A stretch of 64,000 bases of DNA from the human T2T-CHM13v2.0 reference genome, Homo sapiens: the NCBI RefSeq assembly GCF_009914755.1, contig NC_060930.1; one strand, given 5' to 3'. Made by a program: the position numbers and the translations under genes. Each line of letters opens with the position of its first letter. Within the stretch, counting starts at the first letter, position 1. The notes beneath the pieces were generated by a model. It did not search any database. It had not been told where the DNA came from and was given only the letters and a program-made list of their open reading frames with translations. Shown here in pieces: positions 18,937 through 34,408 of this stretch.

Positions 18937-20328
18937 CTAAGAAAAATAAAGTGTACATAGAAAGCTTGGTTTATTATTGGTGCTTAAAAATGCAAAGTAA
19001 AATAATTCACATTAATACACATTCCCCAGGTTTTAAGATTTAAAAGAAGAGAGGGATAAATGCATTGGCATCACTTACAGCTTTATAATAAAGCTGTAAA
19101 TTGGTGAACCCCTCCCCCTGACTTTGCACCACACACACAAAGCTAGCTATAAAAGGTAGAGGCACCAGAGTTCAGCAGTGTCAATGCCAAAAGATCCATA
19201 CAATATTTTTCTACGTTTGGTAACTATTAGATATGATGCTATTTATTATGCTAGACAGCACAGACAATGATGTATCAGTATACAATATACAGGGGCTACA
19301 GTTGTATCATTTGGTATTTTGGCTCTTTCTGTGAATATAAAACCACTTTTAATTGCAACACTTGTGCAATTTATCATGATGAATTCTCTGCATTCTTGCC
19401 TCTGGCGTTGTGAGAAAGCCTTGGGGTGCCAGCATGTGGTCCGAGGTCTGGGAGTGAGGCCTGAGCCCCCCTGAATTCTACTCTGTTGCTCTGGTGGAGA
19501 TGACAAGGCCAAGGGTCATAGAGAAATTGAGTCGCAAATGTGCAGAGCTCGCCACACCTTTTGACCTCTGGACTAGTTTGGTCAAGAGAAACTTCCAACT
19601 CTACCTCAGGATGGATAAATTCCTGGTCACTGGGAGGTCCAATCAGAAACAGGACATGGAATTCTCCCCTTGGGCTTTACTTAGAACCAGTCCCAGGAAT
19701 ATACAACTAGCATAGCAGCCCATTCCCATCTGAGATCTCTCTGAAGAATATGGACATTTTCCTTTCACTCCTTCCTATCTTCTTTAGTCTGAACCTCCAT
19801 TCTGGAGCGGGATTGATCCTTATGACAAGATAAAATGGTAGCATGGCATTTTGGCTTACTATTAGGAGTTTCTTGATTTACCTAACCACCGCGACCATAT
19901 GCTGTTGGCTCAGTTTTGTGCTTGATAAAATCTTAGCATGTTACCAACAGAGCCGCTTTGACTATGTTATGTTACATTTTAAAGCAGAGATTTAAAATTT
20001 GGGTGGGATAGGGAAAGGAATATGATGTGTCAAAATCCTGAGAGGGTATCTGGAATCTTAAAAATATATTAAATATTAAAATATAATTTGGGTATAACAA
20101 AAGACCTTGATCATCCCCCTAATATAACCTATTCAAAGTAAAAGGCTTTTGCCTCTTGTGACTGTGGGTAAGTGGTTTAATCTCTTAGCTTCTGCTTCTC
20201 ATCTATAAGATATGGATAATATATTATTATCTAATGCATAAGATTGTTGAGACAATTAAATGCCATATGGTATGTAAAGTACAGCACTTAGCACATTGCC
20301 TGATACAAACTAACCACTGAATAAATGA

Positions 20329-20705
<377 letters not shown>

Positions 20706-20976
20706 AGAATACAGACTCTTAATTTAGATGACATGGCAATTCTTAAGAGGGAGTGCGTGAGTTATTTTTGGCTATAGAGAGAGGATTTTTAAAAGGCTGA
20801 GAAATATTATTTTCAAGGAAAACTGTGCCCACAGCCTATCACTTTCTATTTATTGCCTTTACTTTGTAGTGATGCCAGTTTTGAAGAAATCCCATATGAC
20901 TTTCAGTCAGGTATTTTGTAAGACCATCTGTCTTCATTTTGGCTCGTCAAGGAAATCCAATCCTAAATATTAATCA

Positions 20977-21300
<324 letters not shown>

Positions 21301-23045
21301 TTAAATGCACCCCGGGTTTATAGAACTCAGCATTAGGTCACCTAAAGGAGATTAGTGTGCAGAGTAGGTGGGATGTTTTTTCTCAGTTCTCTAGAGCTAA
21401 AGCTGCTCAGCCCCAAAATAAATGTATGAGTAAAGGTTTCAGCTGTGAGTACATAGTTACTCAGAACAGGTGCTGTGAAGGCCTTGAATTTGTAGTCAGT
21501 GATGAATAGACTTGTTTTAAAGATGATGCGTCTCTTGCTGAGTGAATGAACTGCAGCGATTTCTAACAAACACACAGTCACACGATTTTGATCTCTTGGC
21601 TGTGGCCTGAAAAAAAGGCCACTTGAGTTTACTGATGGATGAGACAGATCATGTGTTTCTCTGGTTTGGTAAAGGGAGAACAATAGATCTTATATTTCCC
21701 TGTAAAAACCATGGCATATTAACCACATAATTATATTACCAAGTTTTGTAAATATAAGTGATCACAATAAAAATTTTCTATTTGTGAGAAAAAACTTTCA
21801 TCAAAAAGCTTTAAAAAAGGAAACTAAGACAGCATAGCTCAATTACAGCCATTCAAGAATATAAAAGGGAATCTTTCCAAACATGCTGGATATTATTTTG
21901 TTTTTGAAAGAACAATCATTAAATGTGTCACATAGGGTAATTAAAATGTTCAATGTAAATTTTGAATCTGAAAGCAATATTAAGTTTCAAATCTTCTTTA
22001 ACTCTAAAGTGAAACATCTAATTTTCCTTCTTCCGCTTTGTTAACATTGAAGAATTGCAAATTAACTTTTATATCATTTCTGTTCTCTTTTCTCCTAAAT
22101 CAAAACTCTCCATTCATTGCTAGCCACTAACAATGAGCTCCAATTTCCTCCATATCTATATTGAGAATTGCTTTGCGATTGTTATTCTTATTCTTTTTGA
22201 ATAAAAGGGTTTAATTTTGCTACATCCTACCAAAGATAGAGACATTTACGTGGCTGACAAATGATACAGACATTTTAGGATTCCTTTCAGTTCTGATTAA
22301 TTGTTAATATGAAAGCTTGCTTCGTTGTTGGCAAGTAAAATTATACTGAATTTGATTGCCTACCAAGTTCAAATTATGTAACAGGATTTTTTAAAAGAAA
22401 TAATAATTTTTAACAGAAGTAATTGTACAGACCTTTATCATAACAGAATAATGTGATCCAAATAAAAACTGATGCTGAGAATATATGCTCTGAAAATATT
22501 TTATCATTAGGTTTCTTCTTTCCTCTATAATAACAACACATTTCCCAACTCTAATGTGACTCCTGATGTCAGAATCATAATTTATTCATGTTATAAACCT
22601 TTATTAAGCAACAACTTCTCAGGGGTATTGAAGATATCTGTACTTCTTAAACTGAAGAAATAAACTATCCGAGATGTTATTTCCCTGAACTTTGTATACT
22701 AACACTTACTATATGTGTTTCGCTAAAAATAATTATGGTTACCAGTTAGGAGCAACTAAATATATGTGTGATTATGATTGTTTCCTCACTGGTCCTGATT
22801 AGCTTAGAAGTCAGCAAGTTTGGAATCAGAACTACAGACCATGATTTGAATACCGTTTGTATTTATAAATATTCCATGAATGAATAAATGAAACACCCCA
22901 TGCAAGTCTGAGTTGTTGTTTTTTTTTTAATTGGGAACTGGCTATAGAAAGAAGGTACAGATGATAGGATGGCACTAAATAAATGTCAAACAAACAATCA
23001 TAACCGCCAATCCTGGCCCAAAAGATGTAATCTTGCATATATATA

Positions 23046-23371
23046 TATTTTTTGTTTTGTTTTGTTTTGTTTTGTTTTGTTTTGTTTTGAGATGAAGTCT
23101 CACTCTGTCGCCCAGGCTGGAGTGCAGTGGCATGATCTCGGCTCACTGCAACCTCCAACACCCGAGTTCAAGTGATTCTCCTGCCTCAGCCCCCTGAGTA
23201 GCTGGGATTACAGGCACGCATCACCAAGCTCAGCTAATTTTTTTATTTTTAGTAGAGACGGGGTTTCACCATGTTGGCGAGGCTGGTCTCAAACTCCAGA
23301 CCTCAGATGATCTGCCCACCTTGGCCGCCCAAAGTGCTGGGATTATGGGGGTTGAGCCACTGCCCCCGGCC
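23046..23371 (-). mobile_element. AluS with (TTTTG)n tail
   Basis: Reverse dimer. Confidence 0.9.
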
Positions 23372-23933
23372 TATATTGTTTTTCAATGAGACCAAAAGAA
23401 ATCTAGCAAAATCTTATAAAATTTGAGTCCATTGTTAGAAGGATTTTCAATCATTTGGACAGTGTCTGAGATAAAATTATCTTTTCTTTATCAAATACAT
23501 TATTCAAAGTCAAAATAATGTCAATAAAATTGAGGGATGAAGTCTGAGATAACAAAAAAACCTTGCAAGCATCATTGTGCATCTTACAACTGGTGCTGTG
23601 CCTGGCACATAATCCAAAGGTATTCAGTAAATGTTTATTTAATGAATCAGTGAATTATTAATTTATGTACAGACATATGAGTAGCTTGGACTAGATCATT
23701 CCTACAGTCCTTTCCACATTAAAATTCTGTGATATTCTGACAACAAATGCTTCTCATTTCTTTAGGAAAATCATGCTCCCTGAGACACTTACCCCTCTCT
23801 TACTAGGCAGTTCTTTTTCAGCATAGTTTGAGGCTCAGATTTATCACTTTGAATATATGTATGATTTTGTTGAAACAAACCCATGTCTCAGACTTTTATC
23901 AATCCTTTCTTAAGTTATCCTAAATTGTGAGGT

Positions 23934-23974
23934 TGTATGTGTGTGTGTGTGTGTGTCTGTGTGTGTGTGTGTGC
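23934..23974. repeat. Imperfect (TG)n microsatellite
   Basis: TG run with interruptions. Confidence 0.9.
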
Positions 23975-24109
23975 GTTTGACTCATTAAAGAAGCGGTTTT
24001 AATAAAGAAAAGTAAAAGCTAAAATTTGTGATGGCGGAAATACCTAGTTATACATTGTCTTTCTATATCTTCCCAAGCTCCCAGCGCATGGATTTTAGAT
24101 TTAGGTACA

Positions 24110-27075
24110 CTTAAGGTGTTTCACTAGTGTGGCCAAGGAAGCTCATATCAAGTTGACCCTTTTGCAAATAACAACTGTAAACTCTGGATGAAATGCAAGA
24201 AACAATGATGACACTAGAGAGTAAACAAAATCAGACAGACTCTAGAGGGAAGTTGGCACTTGTACATGAGTTTCCTATTCTTTATAGCTTTTAGCTTGAG
24301 GGAAATCTGCAGTTGGCAGGAGTATGAGGTGGGCAAAATTCTCATATAAAACATACCATCTTTCATATTAGAAGAATAAGAATACAGAGTTCTGGACAAC
24401 TATAGTCCCTCAACAGTGAGGGGAAGATCACCCAAAAAAAGAGAGAGTCAGAGAAATAGAGCCCAGATCCTGTGAATGAACTTTACACAAATCTGATTGG
24501 CCTTGAGCCACACATGTGCAAAGCAGTCTAGCTAAGTAGAAAAGAACTGAACTGAGATTTCAGCTGCTGCTCAAGAGACAAAGTTTATGGTTTGAATCTA
24601 ACCAAATTAATTGTCTGCTTAAAAAAATAAAAACTATTCATCATATAGTAGAATCCAGATTCTCCAGAACATAATAGTCACAATATCCAGGATCCAATAG
24701 ACAATGGCTTGACATATGAAGAACCAAGAAAATATGGCCTATTCTCAAAAGAAAAGACAATTAGAGAAGGCTTTTTCTACAATGCTGCAAATGTGGAATT
24801 AGCAGACAAGTATTTTAAAACAGGTATTATAACTATGGTCAATGATGTAAAGGAAAATATTATCTCAATGAATGAGAAGGTAGAAAATCTCAGGTGAGAG
24901 GTTACATACAAAAAAAGAACCAAATGGAAATTCTGAAATTAAAAATCGCAAAATCTGAAACACAACCATCACTGGATGGATTTAGAGCAGAATGAAAATG
25001 AGAGAGAAAAGAATCACTGAATGTGAAGATAGACCAATCAAAATAAGATAATCTAAAAATAAAAGAGAAAAAGTATTGGTGAAGAATGTGAAGACTGACT
25101 CGAAGACCTGTGGGACAATATCAAAAGGTCTACACACACAGAGTTAGAATCTTAGAAGGGAAGAAGATGGAGAGAAAGTGGAGCAGAAAAACTATTTGAA
25201 GAAATAATGGCTGAAAGAAATTCAAATTTGGTAAAAGACATATAATTACAGATACAAAAAAGCTTAGCAAATACCAAGTAGGGTACATGTGAAAAAAACC
25301 ACTCCTGGCCTTAAAGCAGTAAAAGTTCTGAAAACGAAAGATCAATACAAAGACCTTGAAAAGGGCAGAGAAAAAGGACATATCACATATGGGGGAACAA
25401 TAATTCAAATGATTGTTGATTTTCATGAGAAATTTTAAAAGCCAGTATAGTGGCACATTTATTTAAGGCTAAAAGGAAAAAAAAAAAAAAAAACCCACGA
25501 ATAGGTTCTCTCAATGCAGAATTCTATATCCAATGAATTTAGCCTTCAATTAAAAAAAAAATAAAGATGTTTTAAAGATAAAAGGCAACTAAGAGAATTG
25601 ATTACCAGCAGATTTGTACTATAAGAAATACTAAAAGAAGTACTTCAGGCTGAGGGAAATGACATCAGACAGAAATGTGAAGCTACAGAATGAATAAGAA
25701 GTATCAGGAATGGTAAACATCTGGGTAGATAAAAGGGATATAGTTTTGCCTTTAATTTAAGAAGAAATACATATTATTGTTTAAAGTAAAAATTATAACA
25801 ATGTCTCATCGGCTTTACAAAAGTATATAAATATAATACATATAATGATGATAGCTTAAAGGCTGAGGGAGTAAATTGATCTATTTAGTTGCAGTGTTTC
25901 TACATGTTATGTGAAGTAATACAACATTAACTCCAGGAAGACTATGAAAAATTAAGAATGTATATTGTAATCACAGAGCAACTACTAAAGATAATGTGTA
26001 GTGTTATAATTTCAAAATACAAGAGATGAAATGTAATTTTTAAATATTCAAATAATCCAAAGGAAGGCAGGAAAAGAACAAGATAAACAAAGCAGAGGTG
26101 ACAAATAATAAATAATAAAATGGTAGACATATATCAAACCACATCAGTAAGTACATTATATGTTAATGGACTAGTACTGCAATTAAAGGGCAGATACTGT
26201 AGGAATGAAAAGAAGTAAGATCCAGCTATATGCTATCTTGAAAGAATGCACTTTAAATATAAAGACCCAGGCTGAAAATGAATGGATGAAAAGAGATACA
26301 CCAGGCAAACAATAAGAGTAAGAAAACTAGAGTGGCTAAATTGATATCAGATAATGTAGACATCCAGACAAAGATTATTACTGGTCGGGCGTGGTGGCTC
26401 ACACCTGTAATCCCAACACTTTGGGAGGCCGAGGCGGGTAGATCACAAGCTCAGGAGTTCAAGGCCAACCTGGCCAAGATGGTGAAACCCCGTCTCTACT
26501 AAAAATACAAAAATTAGCCAGGCATGGTGGCGGGTGCCTGTAATTTCAGCTACTCAGGAGGCTAAGGCAGAGAATTGCTTGAACCCGGGAGGCGGAGGTT
26601 GCAGTGAGCCGAGATTGCACCACCGCACTCCAGCCTGGACGACAGAGCGAGACTCCATCTCACAAAAAAAAAAAAAAAAAAAAAGATTACTAAGGGACAT
26701 TTCATAAAGGTAAAATCACCAATTCATCAAGAGGACATAATAATCATAAATGTATATACACCTAATATTAATGCTTCAAAGTACATAAAGCAGAAATTGA
26801 CATAATTAAAATAAGCGGACAATTCCACAATTATATGAAGAGATTTTTAACTCTCATTTCTCAGCAATTGATAAAAAAATTCAAAAAAGGCATAAATGAT
26901 TTAAAGCTAATTGTTACTTATAGAACACTACACCCAACATCTGAAAAACATTGTTTTGAAGTACATATGGTATCAAGATAAGACCATGTATGATCGGCTA
27001 TAAAAATTAAATAACACTTCTAAATAATCCCTGGGTCAAAGAAAAAATTAGAAAGAAAATTTGAAAATATTTTGA
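24110..27075 (+). mobile_element. Old L1M fragment (5' region, ORF1, start of ORF2), interrupted by AluS at 26382-26683
   Basis: A-rich strand bias; aaagaaccaaatggaaattct (ORF1) and tacattatatgttaatggact, gatccagctatatgct, aagggacatttcata (ORF2 endonuclease) remnants; no intact ORF. Confidence 0.75.
26382..26683 (+). mobile_element. AluS
   Basis: Full dimer, poly(A), TSD-like aaagatta. Confidence 0.9.
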
Positions 27076-27343
27076 ATTTGAATTCAAATTTCAAATATTG
27101 ATTTTGACATTTAAATATGCTTGATCTTGGACAACCAATTTGGATTGCTGAGTGTCAGTTTCTTCACCAATAAAGTGGAGATATTAACCTTCACTGGGTT
27201 ATCATGAAGATTAAATGAAATAATGTATATAAAGCACTTAGCATAACTTCTGGCATAATAATAATACTTAATGTCATTGTTCATAATGAGAAGCCATTAC
27301 TGAGGGCATATGGGCACACTTACAGGGTCTCCTGCTACTTTGA

Positions 27344-27715
<372 letters not shown>

Positions 27716-28674
27716 TGAACATTCTGTCTTTCAATACTACCCAAGAAGACCACGCTGTATCATTCTACTCTTTATATCTCTTTGTTGATAAATGATCCCA
27801 CCCTATCTGATTTAATTTTATCTCCTTACTGTGTAACATTACTGACAGACAGTGGATTTACGCAGGCACACAAGAGATTTATGCATCCTTTGAATCCAAA
27901 CCTTGAGTTGAGGACGATGCTTCCATCCTCAGGCCCCCATTCGGCCTGGGAGTCTGTCTTCAGTACTATTGTTGACAAGACGCCAGTAGCACATCTAAAA
28001 CCTGCCATTTGAGACTTTGACTTCATCACACTGGTTCTCCATTTCCCAAATATCAAAAAACAATTTGGGAAAATGAGGAACCATGATTCTCTTCTATTTT
28101 TCTTCCTAACTCAATTGTACAAATTCAGCAGTGATTTTCATGTACTCTGTTTCTTGAAGTATCTCCTTTTAAACGCTTATAATAATAACTACCTTACAGG
28201 AACACTGGTGTCTGATTAATTATTATTTGTCAAAAGATTTAGGATCTTCAGCTGGAAAGGGGATTGGGGATGCACACAGTATCATCTTGGAGAGCTCTGC
28301 ATCTTGCTATATTGAATGGAGCTAGTGTCTCTGTGTAATCAAATTAACCACACTGCTAGGGCTTACGCTGTAATTAATGAAACCCGTGCAGACCAAATGA
28401 AGTGATCAGTCTATTATTTTTAGATTGAATAATTAAACCTGAAGAGCTTCAGTGCTTTTTCCAATAGCTTCCTTTTTTTCAGATGACTATTGACATTTTG
28501 GTTCTCAATCTCACTTCACTGTGTCAATTCGGTGTGTGTCCATTTGTCTCATGTCATGCAGAATTCATTATAACACCAAAAATGCTGAATCTTTACAAAT
28601 GTATTTTTTTAAAAGAACTAAGGCCCACCTTAGAAACAAACTCAACATAATAGAAAGGTAAGGGGAATGGTATG

Positions 28675-28900
28675 CATTTTATCAAGGGCCTGCACTGTGT
28701 CAGGTACTGTGCGGGTACCTTACCTATTCAACTTCATCTAATTTTTTCCCAGCCACACAGTGAAGCTGGTCTAATCTCCATTTTACGGATGAAGAAAGTA
28801 GCTCAAGGAGGTAAAATTATTTAAGGTTACAAGCAAGCAAGGGGCAGAGGCAGTATTTGAACCCAAGCCTCTCTGATTCTAAATTCACACTCTTTCCATG
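28675..28900 (-). mobile_element. MIR (representative; other MIR-like pieces near 3660-3800, 11960-12090, 20150-20330, 27110-27280, 35480-35680, 39490-39690)
   Basis: Core ccattttacggatgaagaaa..gctca..gg..aa..aaggttaca..ggcagag..tttgaacccaag. Confidence 0.7.
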
Positions 28901-28945
28901 AGTAGCAGAGGCCTGTCTCTGTGCCCCATTCAAGAAATTATGTTA

Positions 28946-29248
<303 letters not shown>

Positions 29249-29989
29249 CTATTATCTCTTCCTCTGGAAGTAAATGAAATTCACAAACGTCACCTTTGTA
29301 GTACTTGAAGGTATATAGTTTTTAGAACACAGCATTGATAGGTTTTTCATTATTATTAGTCTCTTTTTACTTTGATCTATTTTTGGATGGTCTAGAAATA
29401 TTTTTCCTGAGTCTATCTAACCAATATTGAATAGCCAGACAAAATAGAAAGGCATGTCTCAGAATCTGTAAACTGCCAGAGTTCATGACGATGCCTTGCA
29501 TTGAGGCAATGATCTAAAGTCTGTCTGCTTGGGTTGCATTGAGTTTTCCTAATTCTTCCTTGAAACAAGCTTCTAGCGCTATTTTTAAAAATAGGAAAGA
29601 GAAATGCAGCCTCCTGGTAAACAGAAGATGAAGTTCTCTTCTTTATAATGTTGGGCTCTGAGTGTGGATTGTTTATGTGTGGGAAAGGAGAAGAGAAAGT
29701 ACCCTTCCACTACCTAAGCATTGACGGGTTTTCACCAAAGCATCAGAAATAGCTTCTGCATGATTCAACAGCATGAATAGCAAATATCTGTAACACGCCT
29801 TGTTGCTCCCCACCCGCACCCGCTCTGTGCTTATAACAAATAAATCATTCTGCTGGTTTCTGCTGAGCCCAGTTGAACTCTTCTCATGTTCCTCCAGCAG
29901 CCACAACTAAAGTACTGTATCAGGACTGCCTTGGAACATGAAACCAACTTACCGCTGTACTTTCCATCTTGGATGCTGAAGTTCTAGGG

Positions 29990-30170
29990 TAGGGTTGTCA
30001 GTAAAATGCAGGACACCCAGTTAAATTTAAATTTCAAATAAATAAGAAATAATTTTTAGCGTAAGTATTAATATATTCCAAATATTGCATGAGACATATT
30101 TTTGCCAAAAAGTTATTTGTTGTTTGTCTGAAACGTAAACTTTGTATTTTTATTTGTTACATCTGGCAGC
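29990..30170. mobile_element. MER53 palindromic MITE
   Basis: tagggttgtcag..aggacacccagttaaatt..atctggcagc termini and internal symmetry. Confidence 0.75.
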
Positions 30171-30536
30171 ATTATTATGGAGTTGTAGACCTGGTGTGGG
30201 GAGTATGGGGATCAACCTCAGAAGCCTCCAGAGAGAGATTGGTGTACTCTAGGAGTGTCGATCTCAGACTGACCATCGCTGGGGCCACATCCAAGCAGCA
30301 GCCCTTTGTCCAGAGCCATTTCCTCCACTGGCCTCAGTTTCTGTAGGGCCCAGATGGTGCTGAAGTCAGGTAAGTACTAGTCCTAATAACGACTTTGTTG
30401 GTGAACGGAAAGGAAAAGCCCTGGTTCTTCTGGACCTCAGGTGTTCTGGTGCCTCACAGAGCCTAATGCAAATGGATACAGATGCCACATGAGTCCTGAC
30501 ACGTGCCTCAGTTTCCCCATTTTAAAAAAGCCATTG

Positions 30537-30904
<368 letters not shown>

Positions 30905-31186
30905 TTATTTCTTTCCTCTCTCCCTCCTGCCACCCTAAAATAAGCATTTTAAACCCTTGCCAGATAAAGCTAAGGATATGTATATATGATATTCTATCTT
31001 CATACTTATGTGCAATTTCTAGCTACTAGTGGAAATTAGCATTGTAAAAACAAAACCCATATTACTAAAAATATTGATTGAAATAGATATCCTCCTTGGA
31101 AAATAAATAATCTGTTATTAAATATTTCTCATGCTAAGCTGCTCACAGTATAGATGTGAGCCTTTAATTTTGCACCATAGTTATTA

Positions 31187-31587
<401 letters not shown>

Positions 31588-31643
31588 TTATTATTATTGC
31601 CATTCTGGCGTAGACTTTACCTTCTGAAGATTAAACCATATGT

Positions 31644-31858
31644 CAGGGCTTCTGAACCCCAGCACAAGTAACATACTGGGCCAGATAATTTTTTGTTGTT
31701 GGGGCTGTCCTATGCCTTGTAAGTTGCTCAACACCATCCCTAGCCCCTACCTGCTATATGCCAGTAGCACTGCCCAATTGCGACACCCCAAAATATCTCC
31801 AGACAGACATGCCTATTGTCGCCTGGTGAACAAAACTGTCCCTGTTTAGGGAACTCTG
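31644..31858 (+). mobile_element. MER20 (hAT-Charlie)
   Basis: gggccagataattttttgttgttggggctgtcctatgc..tgccagtagcac..tctccagaca. Confidence 0.8.
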
Positions 31859-31959
31859 CACTATGTGGCTTTATCTGAGTGTCAGGAGGAAGACACCCTA
31901 CAGGTGTTTCATAAATTGGAAAGAGAAATGATTTGTGCTTGCTCATTTTCCATTTAATG

Positions 31960-32268
31960 TTTTATTTTTATTTTTAATTTTAATTTTTTAGAGACAGCGT
32001 CTTGCTCAGTCATCCAGGCTGGAGTGCAGTGGCACAATCATTCATAGTTCACTGAAGCCTCAAACGCCTAGCTCCAGCCATCCTCCTGCCTCAGCCTCCT
32101 GAGTAGCTGGGACAACAGTTGTGTGCCACCATGCCCAGCTAATTTTTTTGTAGAGATGGGTTCTTGCCATATTGTCCAGGCTAGTCTTGAACTCCTGAGC
32201 TCAAGCAATCTGCCTGCCTTGGCCTCCCAGAGTGCTGGGATTACAGGCATGGGCCACTGTGCTTGGCC
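31960..32268 (-). mobile_element. AluJ
   Basis: Reverse dimer, J-type. Confidence 0.85.
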
Positions 32269-34246
32269 TATTTTGTTTCTAATATTAAGCCAGATAATAC
32301 TCCAGAACTTTCCTTTATATTTAAAAAAATTTAAATTATTAACAAAGTAATTCAGCCAATATTCAAGTGATTCTTGGCATTGAAGACAATGAAAAATACA
32401 CATTCCCTGCCCTCTAGGTTCTTACTGCCTAGCTTCAATCAAATGCTGGCTTTGTGATTTAACTTAGGCATAGTTCTTCTGTACAACTGTAATAGGCATA
32501 TAGAATTTCTGTCTGTAATTTCTCTTGTTTTCTTTCTCTTTTTTTACTAAGTTAAAAAGTAAAATTAATGCTAAGTACTAAATTAAAATCCTATTACTGA
32601 TGTTGTCTTAACTACATAAGAATTGAGGAAATTAAATGTGAAAAATATTTCTCCCAGGCCATTTCCTAATTTAGTCATGAAATGTCCTTACTTATTAATG
32701 AGCTTATCTTTATTTATTAATGAATACAATGTCAGATAATATTACAGGATTTAGACTCTGCAAGGATGAGTGAGCTAGAGTGGCAGTTTGATTCACAGCT
32801 TTGAATTTGATGATTTATTCTATGTGAACACTTATATTTCAGTCATTTTCTATATTAATATCCAAATCAGTGAGCAAGGAAATAGGCTTTAGTCTCCACG
32901 TAAAAAATTGAAATTCCTCATAATTTTTCTTTTCTGAAAAGGAAATGTGATAAGTTTTTTGGGTTAATCTTCTCCTATTCATTTTTTCTAAGGTGATCTC
33001 TCAGGTTCGAAAGTTTTTTACGAGAGATGATACAAATGCCAAAATATAGCAAGTAAGGCTTGAATTGAATATGGTCTCTGGAAAAACAATCTCTTGTTTA
33101 TTGGGGGTGACTGCTTTGCTAGGAGGATGAGTAGGTACAGGGAGTTCCCTGAGACCAGGATGAACAACCCTGGCTCATGGAGAAAATATCGGTAAGTCTG
33201 GAAAAGTGATGCTTCCCCAGTGCACTGTCGTGGGAATGTAACACCACACATCACTTCCTGTATTAGTCTAGAATGCTGCCCAGTCCCCTCAAGTATAGAA
33301 CATGGCGCTGGAAACTAAACATGAATGGCCTTGGTATGAGTTGGTAAATCGAAGGGGTAAAGGAAAAATGACTCAGAAAATACTAAAAAGAGCAAGGATG
33401 GATAGGTGAGAATCGCATGGAAACGTGAGAGTGGGGGCCAGATTTGGGGAGAAAATATTATTTTTGACACCTAAATTATTTTTATGGTATTGAAATTGTT
33501 AATAGCCAATGCAATACAAGTTGCAAGAAAATTGATACACTGATACTTGCTTTGTGAGTTTCTACTGCTCTTTTGGAAAGCAATATGGCCATAAAGTTTA
33601 AAAACCAGAAAGCACTCATCTTGTTTAATTTAGTAAGCCTATTTCTGGAAATTTTTCTTAAAATCATAAAAAAGAAGGAAAAAGAACAAAGCTAATACGT
33701 GATGATGTTCAATGCAGAAATATTTGGTAAAGCAAAACAGTGAGAGGAATTTAAATATATTCAAATTATTGAATCAGTAGATACAGCCACTTAATGGAAT
33801 ATGACACAACTTTTACAAAATATATTTGTGAAGACTATATATTATATGGAAAAATGCCTGTCACGTAAGAAAACCAGATATCAACTTATATGTACCTTAT
33901 GACTGTAATTATAATAAAAATCTGCATACACAGTAGAACAGGAAAAGAATATGCATAGAACAAAGTTTGTATTTTACATGAGGGATTAGAGATTTTTTGT
34001 TTATTTTGTGTATTCAGCATTATATATCTTCGTGAAGTAGTTTGTGTGTCTAAAAAATAATTTAAAAATACTGTTGGCAGGGTTAAGCAAACAGCCAGTC
34101 ACGCAGAGTTTCAGAATTTTTCTGGATCTACTGCATAATAGTTCAGCATAACAGGACACATTAGGTAGAAGAACAGAAAGATTACAGGACTAGATTCAGA
34201 GTGAAAAACAAAGAAAACAAGTCACTTACTAAAGTGTGCTCCATCA

Positions 34247-34408
34247 ACAGGGATGAAGAGTTTGTGGGCCTGAAGCTTATTCAGTTTTGGAGGCCCTCTT
34301 CAAAATAAAAAATTAAAGAGAATTAGGCCCCGGGCCTCAAAGGGGCCCATGCAAGTGAGATGTCCTGAGGTTTAAGCTTCCTCAGCTGCAATGGTAAATC
34401 TACTGTTG
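34247..34408. mobile_element. hAT-Tip100-like (ORSL-type) MITE
   Basis: gggcctgaagcttat..ggggcccatgcaagtgag..taagcttc..ggtaaatc; family recalled, uncertain. Confidence 0.4.

Noticed and set aside
19147-19156. TATA-like CTATAAAAGG on the plus strand in intron 5
   Set aside because: Isolated motif, expected by chance; no other promoter evidence.
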